From Pirellulales bacterium (GTDB lineage: Bacteria > Planctomycetota > Planctomycetia > Pirellulales > PNKZ01), in NCBI GenBank assembly GCA_049840675.1, contig JASGKB010000014.1:190330-254329 (forward strand): 64,000 nt of DNA. The letters run 5' to 3'. Made by a program: the position numbers and the translations under genes. Positions within the stretch are counted from its first letter, which is position 1, and every line of letters begins with the position of its first letter. The notes under the pieces were generated by a model. That model worked only from the letters and a program-made list of their open reading frames with translations, was not told where the DNA came from and searched no databases. Positions 47,309 to 56,384 of the stretch are shown here, piece by piece.

Positions 47309-49196
47309 TTACAAGTAGAAGGTGTTGAGGTCGAGCAGGCCGGCGCCGATCGAGCTTCTCCATGAATGTCGGCAGGCAGCCGGTCGGCCGCAGCATCGGC
47401 TTGCCGTCGACCGTTTCGAGCATGAAGAGATCTTTGAGCCGCATCTGCTTGGTGACTTCGTCGTAATCGACGACTTCGGCGATCTGCGTGACGCGGCGGG
47501 AGCCGTCGCGGAGGCGAGCTTGTTGAACGACAAGATCGACGGCCGACGCAATTTGCCGATGAATCGATTCCACGGGCAAGTCGGCCGCCATCTGCACAAG
47601 CACTTCCAGCCGGAGGATGACGTCTTCCGCGCTGTTGGCGTGAATCGTCGTCATGGAGCCGTCGTGGCCCGTGTTCATCGCTTGCAGCATGTCGAGCGAT
47701 TCGCCTGAGCGGCATTCTCCGACCACGACGCGGTCCGGCCGCATCCGCAGGGCGTTCTTCACAAGGTCGCGAATCGTGTACTCGCCGCGGCCTTCGACGT
47801 TGGCCGTTTTGGTTTCGAGCCTCACAACGTGTTCTTTGGCCAGTTGCAGTTCGGCTGTGTCTTCGATCGTGACGATCCGTTCCTTGTCGGGAATAAAATC
47901 GCTCAGGCAGTTGAGCAGCGTGGTTTTGCCGCTCCCCGTACCGCCGGCGATGATAATGTTCGCCCGTGCAAGGACCGCCGCCTTGAGAAACGCGGCGACC
48001 GTGGGCGTCAGGCTCCCTTTGGCGATGAGGTCGTCGACCTTCAATCGCCGCGATGGGAACTTGCGGATGGTGATGCAAGGCCCGCTCACGGCCAGCGGCG
48101 GAATTACGGCGTTTACGCGGCTGCCGTCCCACAGTCGGGCATCGACAAGCGGCTGCGATTTATCGATCCGTCGGCCGACGCGAGAAACAATTCGTTCGAT
48201 GATCGCCAACGTCGTTTCATCGCTGGTGAAGCGGCGGCCGGAGTTTTCCAATACGCCCGATTTCTCGATATAGATGTGCTCGCGGTCGACGACCATGATT
48301 TCCGAAACCGTGGGCACTCGGAGCAAGTCTTCCAGCGGACCGTAGCCGAAGACGATGTCTTTGATTTGCTTCTTCAGGTAACGGAATGCCAGGTATTCGC
48401 GGAAGTCACGGTGTACGGCATCAGACGTCGCGGCGAAGGCAGGCCAAAACTTGCGTTCGACCGCTTCCAATCGCTCCGTCAGTGGTTGCGACGGCGCGAG
48501 TTCGATTTGCCGCGCCAAACGAACGTTGGTTTCTTGTAGCTCACGCTCGCGATCCGCGACGATCGAGAGCGTGCGCGTCCAGGCCGCGGCGGCGGTCAGC
48601 GCACCATCGAACCCGCCGCCCGCCGAGTTCAGAAGATCGTTCAGCATCTCGCCGCGCAGCGCATGGCCGGCCGTGTGCAGAACGAGCGATTCGTTTTCCG
48701 GCTTGAGCAGACCTCGCAGCTTGGCGATTTCCTCGATATTGTGCTCGAGGACCAGCAAATATTCGTCGGTCTGTCCGCGGTTGTCGTGGAAGTGGGTTTT
48801 GAGATCCATCCGCTGGAGCAGTTCTAGATGGACTTCGGAAACCAGTTCCGAAAGCTTGCGATCCCATTCGCGACGCTTGGCGTCTTCCGTTTGCCGGGCG
48901 GTACGAGGGAACTCCAGCAGCAGCGTGAACGGGCCAAGTGAAAGTTCCGCATCGCCGGTGAGCAGTTCCTTTTCGCCGACAAACAGCTCGCGCTCCCCAA
49001 GCTGACAAATGCCGCCGCCGCTGACGACGAGTTCCCAGCCGTCGGCCTTTTTGAGGAATTCCAAGGCCCGTTCGGCGATGAACGGGCTATTGAGCACTAT
49101 ATCGTTGTCGGCGCTCCGGCCGACGCGGAGATAGTTGCCGCGGACGTCGTAAACGCGGGGGCTGTTGTCCAGCAGGTGGTTGTAGCGAATCCGCAT
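47309..49196 (-). CDS. cpaF: CpaF/TadA pilus ATPase with an N-terminal FHA-like domain; frameshift near 47355
   Basis: RVGRSADNDIVL. GYGPLEDLL, VDARL.DGSR, GGTGSGKTT, IEDTAEL, LRMRPDR.VVGECR, MNTGHDG.MTTIHAN. C-terminus GLLDLNTFYL in another frame. Confidence 0.92.
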
Positions 49197-49198
49197 GG

Positions 49199-50062
49199 TT
49201 ACGGCCCCGTCGCCGTCGGCGAAGCTTCCGGCTTGGCAGGTTCGGACTTCTGCGCCTCTTTCTCTGCGGACTTCTCATTGATTGCGTCGCGGAGACGCTT
49301 CAATCGCCCTTCGTCTTGGTAGAGCACCATGCCGACGAAGTTCTTCCCTTCGGCGGCTCGGGCATTCTTGGCGGCGAGCAGCCGGCGAGCGGCTTCCGGG
49401 ATCGCACGAACGCCGCCCACGGTTTCGTCCGTCGGCTTCTTCATTCCGGGGTCGAGCTTGACGGCCAGCGTCACGAAGTTGGTGTTGCCACGATCGGTCG
49501 CTTCGGCGTCGGCTTCGGTCGGCGCTTCCAGCGTTCGCGAGCCGACGCTCAGGATGCGAAAGGGGCCGATTTCCTCAAACCGCATATTGAGGTCGACCGG
49601 GACGTTGGCCGGATTGCTCGGATCGACGGGCTTCGGCGCTTCGTTGGCCGGCACGATAAGGCTGACGAGGTTGCCGACTTTCAAAAGCGACGGCTCGTAA
49701 TCGACCCCTTCGAGCGACACGTGCAGCGGCATTTCATCAGGCCCGGCCAAGAAATCAGCCGAGAGGTATCGCACGTCCTGCCAAAACACAAAGTCGCCTT
49801 TGCGCATCTCGCGGCGAATCGGCAAATTCAAAATGGCGGCACGCTCTTCCCAGGGAACTAGCGTCTGCTTCATGCGCCCGAAATCGGCGCCCACGATCTT
49901 AAACGGTTCGATCTGGCTCTCGTCGAGCGGTTTATCGATCGTCACGTCTTCGTTGACGACGACGAACTCGCGACCAAGTTGGGGCTGCACGGCCAGCCAG
50001 TTGAGCACGAAGGCCAGAGCGCCGAGGCCGAGCGGAATCAGAAGCTTGCCGAGGTTTTTCAT
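49199..50062 (-). CDS. CpaB/RcpC-like protein (SAF domain)
   Basis: N-terminal TM, FVVVNEDV, IRREMRKGD, LKVGNLVSLI, FRILSVG, VTLAV. Sits directly upstream of cpaF-tadB-tadC. Confidence 0.7.
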   Translation of the reverse strand: MKNLGKLLIPLGLGALAFVLNWLAVQPQLGREFVVVNEDVTIDKPLDESQIEPFKIVGADFGRMKQTLVPWEERAAILNLPIRREMRKGDFVFWQDVRYLSADFLAGPDEMPLHVSLEGVDYEPSLLKVGNLVSLIVPANEAPKPVDPSNPANVPVDLNMRFEEIGPFRILSVGSRTLEAPTEADAEATDRGNTNFVTLAVKLDPGMKKPTDETVGGVRAIPEAARRLLAAKNARAAEGKNFVGMVLYQDEGRLKRLRDAINEKSAEKEAQKSEPAKPEASPTATGP

Positions 50063-50121
50063 AAGGTGCTGAGCGAGTTCTCGGCGAGTTTGTTACGGAT
50101 GTAGGGCCGGTCGACGGCCGA

Positions 50122-51018
50122 TTATTTAGGCCTTACCTCGGCGGCCGACGGATCGAGAGCCAAGATTGTCGTATCGCCTCGACTTCCCGGCTCCCAAAGA
50201 ATCAGCCGCAATGGTCGACCGCTGACGACGGCGATCCCTTCGCGCGTGTCGGCCACGCCGTCGTTGAGCGTAACCGGCACGCCGGCGGCTCGCCAGAGTT
50301 CAAGAAGCTGGTCAATTTTTGACGCCGCTTTGGAAAACTCGCCGACCACTGCGCCGCCCGGTCCGCGGCGAACGGCGAGCCGTTCCAAACCGGCGACTGA
50401 GGGGAGCAAGCCGGACGACGGCGTATCCGAAGTTCGTTCCTTCGCGCGAACGGCGGCGATGGTCGCCCATTGATCGGGGCCGAGGCGGAGGACGCCGTGA
50501 GCCATGACGATTCGGTAAGACTGGCCGTCGAATCGCTCCTGAGCCGTGGCAAGCATACGGTCATTAGCAACGGATCGCGTCGCCCAGCCGTTGACCTTGG
50601 TTTGCGCGGCGTGAAGGCTCTCGAAAAGCGATCCGAGCGAACGTTCGATGGAATCAATCTCCGCCGGAAGTTCTACGTTGGGATCGACGGCCGGCGCTTT
50701 GATGAGCGCCTTCTCTTTGTCCGTCGCCGTACCGACGGTGAGTGACCAGCCGGCGCCGAGGAATTCCCAACTACCGCCAAGCTGCGACAGCGCCACCGAG
50801 TTCAGTGGCGCAGGTTCGGTCGTGGTCGGGTCGGCGGAATCCGTGGGCTTTACGACGGCGACCGGCTCGCGATCGTGCAGAAGGTTCGTAAACCGGGTGA
50901 TCGTCCAATAGCCGACGGCCAGCACCCCGGCGGCCAGCGCCAGCCGTACAGCCATCTGCACGGCCCGTCGTTGCGCAGAAGGCTCAGGCAGCGACGGTAT
51001 TGGTTCGGCGGAGGTCAT
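50122..51018 (-). CDS. Hypothetical single-TM protein in the Tad locus
   Basis: Own ATG (MTSAEPIP) after the inferred stop of the upstream gene. TM LALAAGVLAVGYW. Confidence 0.65.
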   Translation of the reverse strand: MTSAEPIPSLPEPSAQRRAVQMAVRLALAAGVLAVGYWTITRFTNLLHDREPVAVVKPTDSADPTTTEPAPLNSVALSQLGGSWEFLGAGWSLTVGTATDKEKALIKAPAVDPNVELPAEIDSIERSLGSLFESLHAAQTKVNGWATRSVANDRMLATAQERFDGQSYRIVMAHGVLRLGPDQWATIAAVRAKERTSDTPSSGLLPSVAGLERLAVRRGPGGAVVGEFSKAASKIDQLLELWRAAGVPVTLNDGVADTREGIAVVSGRPLRLILWEPGSRGDTTILALDPSAAEVRPK

Positions 51019-51074
51019 ATTGGAATATCTTAGCGGAACTTCGTCGAACGATCGTGCGCCAATGCGGACGAACA

Positions 51075-51918
51075 CTAGAACTTCTCCGACTTCTTGATGA
51101 GGTCGAGCTCTTCTTGGCGTTGTTCGAGTTCCGCTTCTTTTTGCTTTCGCACCGCTTCCTTCGCCTTGATCTGCTGGTCGATCTCTTTCTTCTTGGCCTC
51201 GAGCTTCCTCCGGCTTGTCCTTCAGGTCCTTTTCGGCCTGCTCTTTATCTTTGTTGAGCTGGGTGATTTCCTGATTGATCTGAGCGATTTCCCCTTGGAG
51301 GCGTTGCACTTCTCCCTCAATCCGCTTCTTCTCGGCCTCGCGCTTGGCTCGGGCTTCCTCCTGTTTCTTACGAGCTTCATCCAAGCCCGGCGGGTCTTCT
51401 TGCGTCTTACGCGAGGCGTCGCCGAGGCGATCCATCGTGTCGCCGACGGCCGAGCCGAGCCCGCGAAGTTGATCGATCACAGAGGTCATTTTGCCGAGAC
51501 TGCCGGCCAGAACGAGTTGTCCGTAGAGTTCCAGGCGGTTCTTGTCTTTAAGCGGTAGCTCCGTGTAGCTCCACGTGTTGCGGAGTACGGAGAGCTGTGC
51601 CGAGCCGGAAATCTGGCCGCTCGGGAAAACGGTCACGGCCGTATCCGTGCGCGATGCACTGCCGGTGACAATGTCGCGCGTGTACCGGCTGCTCGTCGCC
51701 ACGTCTTCCAAGAGAAATCGATCCATGCCGCCCGCCGACTTGTGCGCCAGCGAACGATTCATGGCGTTGGTGCGGGCGTCAATCTGCGTTTGCGACGTCA
51801 GCACCATGCCGTCGGCCGTGAGCATGATCAGAGCGACCATGAGGATCAAAATGGGAAACGACAGGGCCAGTTCTAAGGTGGCCAAGCCGCGACGGTTGTA
51901 GTTCTTCATGGCTTGCAT
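51075..51918 (-). CDS. TadE-like pseudopilin with a long C-terminal coiled coil; frameshift near 51205
   Basis: RRG|LATLELALSFPIL prepilin motif (E+5). The K/E/Q-rich heptad tail continues in the shifted frame (KKKEIDQQIKAKE...SEKF) to TAG at 51075-51077. Confidence 0.75.
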
Positions 51919-51921
51919 AGA

Positions 51922-53851
51922 TCAATGAGTCCGGAAGGCACTTAGATCCAGCGGCAACTTGAGCAAAGTGTTACGCATCTTCGACGGCATGCGAATGAAG
52001 CTGATTCGAGCATCACCGTACCGCGTGACCGGCGTGAGCTTCGCTTGCCAGTTGAGCTTCACTTCCGGGTGTTCGTCGGCCCGGTTGAACAGCAGAAACG
52101 GCACGCTCGGCGGCATGATCCGCATGCCGGCTTCGTCACCCTTGAGGAACTCAAAGGCCCGTGCGGAGGCGATCGGAGCTTGCCAGTTGAGCGTATCCCA
52201 ACCGACTTCCGGTTGGTACGTTCCACCGTCGCGCCAGCCGCCGATGTTCTGTTTGTTGGCGTTGTAGACGATGGCCTGCGAATAGCAGACGATTCCGTCT
52301 TTGGGGGCCGAGCCGAAGATGGCGCCGGCGAGCGGTTCGCGAGCGTCACGCTGCACGAAGGCCATTTGCGTGAACAACGTTTCGGCCTCTTCGCCGTCTG
52401 TCGTCCAGCTTTCGCGGCCTTTGCCGCTCTTGGGCGTGTCCTGCATGACGTACATTGCCAGTTTGCGTTGTCCCTTTTGGCCGCCGTATTGGCCGCTACG
52501 AAACTGATACGTCTTGGCGGCCGTGTAACGATTGGTCCAGCGCGAATACCAAGTGCCAGCTCGCGAAACCATCAGAACGCCGGCGAACCATTCGCGGATC
52601 GGCTTGCGCCAGCCTTGAACGTAGGGATAAGTTGCCCGCGCCCACTGCGATTGCTCGACCTTCTTCCAGTCGTCGCGCGAAAGCCGTGGGAGCGAATCGC
52701 GGCTCCAGTTGTGCGCCGCGATCGTAGCCGTCGTCGCCCGGATTCGGTCGCAGCGACGCACCGGGATTTTGCACGCCGCCGTTCGTGCCGAGCACGTCGT
52801 TGGCGTCGCCTAGGAGGCTGGTCGCGGAGCCGAGGAGGTCGAGAGCCTTCGAAAGGAAGTCGGCGTCTGATGAGGCGTTGCCTCCCTGAGGCTCGCGTCC
52901 GAAGAGAATGCTCTGACTCTCGGCCGGGGGCGCCGGTTCGCGTTCGATCGGCAGCGGTAAGCGGGCCGGAAAGAGATGTAGCGTCACATTGTTGCGTTTG
53001 GCGTTTTCTTGGGCCACGCGCTCGCCGATGACGGGAAACTGTTTGAAGCAAACCTCGCCGTAATTTTCCAAAAATGGCAACATCCGACTTTCCACGATGT
53101 TCCGCTTGGCGACGGTCGAGAAGATTTTGGCGATCTTTTCGACCCCGTCGATGATGATCACTTCCTGGAGCATCTTGCCGACGAGCACCGTGAGCGGGAT
53201 GTTGATGCCCCAATAAATTGCCTCCCCGATGCCGAACGGAATGAACCGGCAGGCGATCGCCACGAGCCGACCGATGAGCACTTCGGTCATGTAGTATTTC
53301 ATCGTGCAGCGGGCGTCGAAGATCGTTGCGAAGGCTTGGTGTTTGCCTTGGCTGTCGTCGTCGCTGCCGCCGTCTTTCTTCATCTGCTTCACGGCCTGCT
53401 CGTCGAGTGCGTGAAGTTCGTAACTGCTACTCAGCGGCAAGAGGGTCGTGAGCGACTTGTTGAGAATGTTCGAGACGTTCGATTGTTTGCGTTCGTCCTT
53501 CGGGGCCAGATCGTCGAGTTCCGTGCCGCCGAGCGCTTCGTGAATGATGAGAATCGCCGACAGTTCGCCGAGCATGTGATTCGTGAGGGTCACCGCGTTC
53601 AGGCCGCGGGCCGTCATCGAGGTGCTCGTAAGAATTGCGGCGTCGGCCGCGTTTTGCACTTCGACCTTTTGCCGAACGGCTGCGCCGACGTTGAAAACCA
53701 TCGTCACGAGCAGGGCGAAGAAGAGCACCGCCACGCAGGTGACGAAGCTCAAGAAGCCGCGCTCGCAGCCGGCCAGCGATTGTGTCGCTTCGGCAGAGCG
53801 GCCGGCGTCATCGGCCAGGCAACGACCAAGGCTATTTAAGTGCCGGAACAT
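51922..53851 (-). CDS. Large TadG-like (Tad domain) pseudopilin; frameshift near 52705
   Basis: ERG|FLSFVT hydrophobic helix, then NVG.AVRQKVEVQNAADAA and ARGLN (Tad domain). Continues in ORF 51922..52761. Confidence 0.78.
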
Positions 53852-54599
53852 AACTGATTCCTAAAGGGCGCGACGCCGGATTCGGGACGTCGGTACGCGG
53901 GGCTTGGTTTTCGAGTTTGACGACCGTCGTGATCGTGGTCGTATAGAAGCCATAGGGAGTGAGCTTGCCGAAAATGCGACCGATCGCCGGCATATGAAAC
54001 GGCGCCTGATATTCAAGCGTCACCGTCACATCTTTGCGGTAGTTCGGACCGGCGTCGGTCGTGACCTTCGTCGCCCAGCCGGCGTACTGATATTTCCAAC
54101 CGAGGTATTCGAGATCGGCGGGCTTGTCGGCAAAGGCCTTGTGTGCGGCGAGATACGTCAGCCCCGAAGCGGCCGGCATGCTGAGCGGGCGATGTCGCGT
54201 GCTGCCGGACGCGAACGGCGTCATGGCTTGGCGAGCCGCGAGGTCCATCTTGTTTTGAGCGTCGCCACGCGACACGCCGGAGGGAAACCAGACGACGGAC
54301 GAGCGGGCCGCGGCGTACGCGGAGTAAACCGTGCCGATCTTGGCGACCAAAATCAAAGTCATGTCGATCGTCAGGCAGATGATCAGGGCGAGCATCGGAA
54401 TTGTGAGCATGTAGCTCAGCGAGTAAGCAGTGCCGGCGTCGCAGCCGTGGAGCGAACGGAGAGCCCGACGTTGTTGCGAATGGCGGCGGATTGCACGGAC
54501 GCAACCGCGTGTCAGAAGCACGATTGCCACGAGTCCGGCCGTCCAGACGGCCCAGACCCATTCGACCGAGCGAAAGAGTTCCGGAATGATTTCGAACAT
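53832..54599 (-). CDS. TadE-like pseudopilin with an extra N-terminal TM
   Basis: DAG|TAYSLSYMLTIP hydrophobic segment, YSAYAAARS (TadE signature), DVTVTLEY. Confidence 0.72.
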   Translation of the reverse strand: MFEIIPELFRSVEWVWAVWTAGLVAIVLLTRGCVRAIRRHSQQRRALRSLHGCDAGTAYSLSYMLTIPMLALIICLTIDMTLILVAKIGTVYSAYAAARSSVVWFPSGVSRGDAQNKMDLAARQAMTPFASGSTRHRPLSMPAASGLTYLAAHKAFADKPADLEYLGWKYQYAGWATKVTTDAGPNYRKDVTVTLEYQAPFHMPAIGRIFGKLTPYGFYTTTITTVVKLENQAPRTDVPNPASRPLGISYVPALK

Positions 54600-54644
54600 G
54601 ACGAGTTCCGCTGCGGCGAAGTGCCGCGTTCACCGAAACGACGA

Positions 54645-54821
54645 TTAGAGGAAGGGCCACACGACGAGCGACTGCACGATCTGAAACAACCGGCCGCAGG
54701 CTTCTTTGCCGATGAAGTAAAGCCCGGCGGCGAACGGAAGCATGATGCCCGTGGCCAGAGCGACTTCCATCGTCGAAAGGCCACGACGGCGGGAGCGACG
54801 AGAGTTGCGGCGAGCGTTCAT
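54645..54821 (-). CDS. Small Flp/pilin-like protein (58 aa), absent from the ORF track
   Basis: Hand translation MNARRNSRRSRRRG|LSTMEVALATGIMLPFAAGLYFIGKEACGRLFQIVQSLVVWPFL-stop. Basic leader, G-1, E+5, hydrophobic helix. Confidence 0.8.
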   Translation of the reverse strand: MNARRNSRRSRRRGLSTMEVALATGIMLPFAAGLYFIGKEACGRLFQIVQSLVVWPFL

Positions 54822-54852
54822 TGCGGCGGCCCAGTGAATTTGTAGTGTGTCG

Positions 54853-55596
54853 TTAAGCCTGGGCCACGGCGTAGAGCGCGCCGATCAGGAAGAACGGGGC
54901 CAGCGGAACCGGCAAGCTCAGCAACTTCTTCTCTTCAACGTCGGGCGGCAGGACCCAAAGCGGCACGAAGAAGTGGCCGATCTTGCGACCGAGACTTGAG
55001 AGCACGGTTTTCGGGCCGAACTTCACGATGCCGTAAGCCAAGGCGAAAGCACCGGCCGCGATATGAGCGGCCACGATGGCCGTGAGGCCGACGGTCGGGC
55101 CGAGTCCGGCACCGAGCACGGCTGCAATTTTGACGTCGCCGCCGCCGCCGCCGGCGTTCATGAAGATGAAGAACATCAGCACGAAGCAGGCTCCGAAGCC
55201 GGCCCATTGTTCGGCGATCGGCGGAGCGCCCAGGAGCAACGTCCACTTGGCCGCGCCCACCGACATGGCCGTACCGGCCGCATCGCTGATCGTGCCGAAA
55301 GCCTTGAGGCTCACTTGCAGCATCCCGAGCGAGAGCAACCAGCCCACGGCCGGGTACGTGATGTAGTTGGGAATTCGGTGACGGGCCAGATCCGTCGCGG
55401 TCGCCGCCAAGAGCGTGGCGAGGATGATGAAGCCGGTCCAGGTTTGCCACACGGTTGCCGCGGGGGCAGATTGCTGAGCGTAGAAAGCCCAGCACAATCC
55501 GGCGGCGGGCAGCAAGCTAAAAATCCGCCAGCTCGACAAACGGGAGTCATACAGCGGAGCGTCGAGCGAGGCGGAGTAAGGAAGAACGGTGGCCAT
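54853..55596 (-). CDS. Prepilin peptidase, A24 family (TadV/CpaA)
   Basis: ATDLARHRIPN (first Asp), GGGDVK (second Asp), VPLAPF, multiple TMs. Confidence 0.9.
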   Translation of the reverse strand: MATVLPYSASLDAPLYDSRLSSWRIFSLLPAAGLCWAFYAQQSAPAATVWQTWTGFIILATLLAATATDLARHRIPNYITYPAVGWLLSLGMLQVSLKAFGTISDAAGTAMSVGAAKWTLLLGAPPIAEQWAGFGACFVLMFFIFMNAGGGGGDVKIAAVLGAGLGPTVGLTAIVAAHIAAGAFALAYGIVKFGPKTVLSSLGRKIGHFFVPLWVLPPDVEEKKLLSLPVPLAPFFLIGALYAVAQA

Positions 55597-55705
55597 GGCA
55601 GTCGGCTTTCGATTCTTAGAAGTTTCGGGCGAATCCCTCGACGTGCGTCGCACCACTCCGTTTGTGTGCGGGCGTCTGATCGACGCACGTCGCCGCATTT
55701 GCAGG

Positions 55706-55882
55706 CTAGGCCTTGATGCCAAAGCCTTTGAGTTCCTTCTTCACCCAGGTCATCACCGGCTCACGAACCTTGTAGAGCAGAGCGAGTACGATGGCCGCGG
55801 CGCCGAAGATGATGACCGCTTGCATGGTTTCCATACCGGCTTCATCACGATCCAGACGACGGAGAGCATTGCGAATCGACAT
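55706..55882 (-). CDS. flp: Flp-type major pilin, copy 2 (58 aa), absent from the ORF track
   Basis: MSIRNALRRLDRDEAG|METMQAVIIFGAAAIVLALLYKVREPVMTWVKKELKGFGIKA. GAGGT ribosome-binding site. Confidence 0.85.
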   Translation of the reverse strand: MSIRNALRRLDRDEAGMETMQAVIIFGAAAIVLALLYKVREPVMTWVKKELKGFGIKA

Positions 55883-55964
55883 GTTACACCTCAGTTTGGG
55901 AATGATTGTTATTGGCGGGAAGTTTCAGGCGGGAAGTTTTGGCGGGTTGTGAAGTTGTTGAGAG

Positions 55965-56141
55965 CTAGGCCTTGATGCCGAAACCCTTGAGTTCCTTCTT
56001 GACCCACGTCATGACCGGCTCACGAACCTTGTAAAGCAGAGCGAGCACGATGGCGGCGGCACCGAAGATGATGACCGCTTGCATGGTTTCCATACCGGCT
56101 TCATCACGATCCAGACGACGGAGAGCACTGCGAATCGACAT
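55965..56141 (-). CDS. flp: Flp-type major pilin, copy 1 (58 aa)
   Basis: MSIRSALRRLDRDEAG|METMQAV... GAGGT ribosome-binding site. 57 of 58 aa identical to copy 2. Confidence 0.85.
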   Translation of the reverse strand: MSIRSALRRLDRDEAGMETMQAVIIFGAAAIVLALLYKVREPVMTWVKKELKGFGIKA

Positions 56142-56384
56142 GACACACCTCAGTTTGGGAAAGTTGTTTTGGCCGTCTCTCACCGAACTTGGTTTGACTG
56201 ACGGCTCTGCCATGCCTAAGCGTGAGGTGCGGCAAAGTGTTACGCGAAAACTTCCGGCCGGCACGAGAGTTGAAAAGAGTCGGAAAAACACCCGAGAAAT
56301 GCCGCGAAAATTGACCAATCTCCCCAAGCCTGGGAAACGGTCCGTTGACGCTGCGAGGGACCCTCTTTTGCGATCTGCCGCGTT

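Noticed and set aside
50122..51918. Single 598-aa TadE fusion protein
   Set aside because: The coiled coil continues in another frame after ~51205 to a stop at 51075, and a separate ATG at 51018 starts the next protein.
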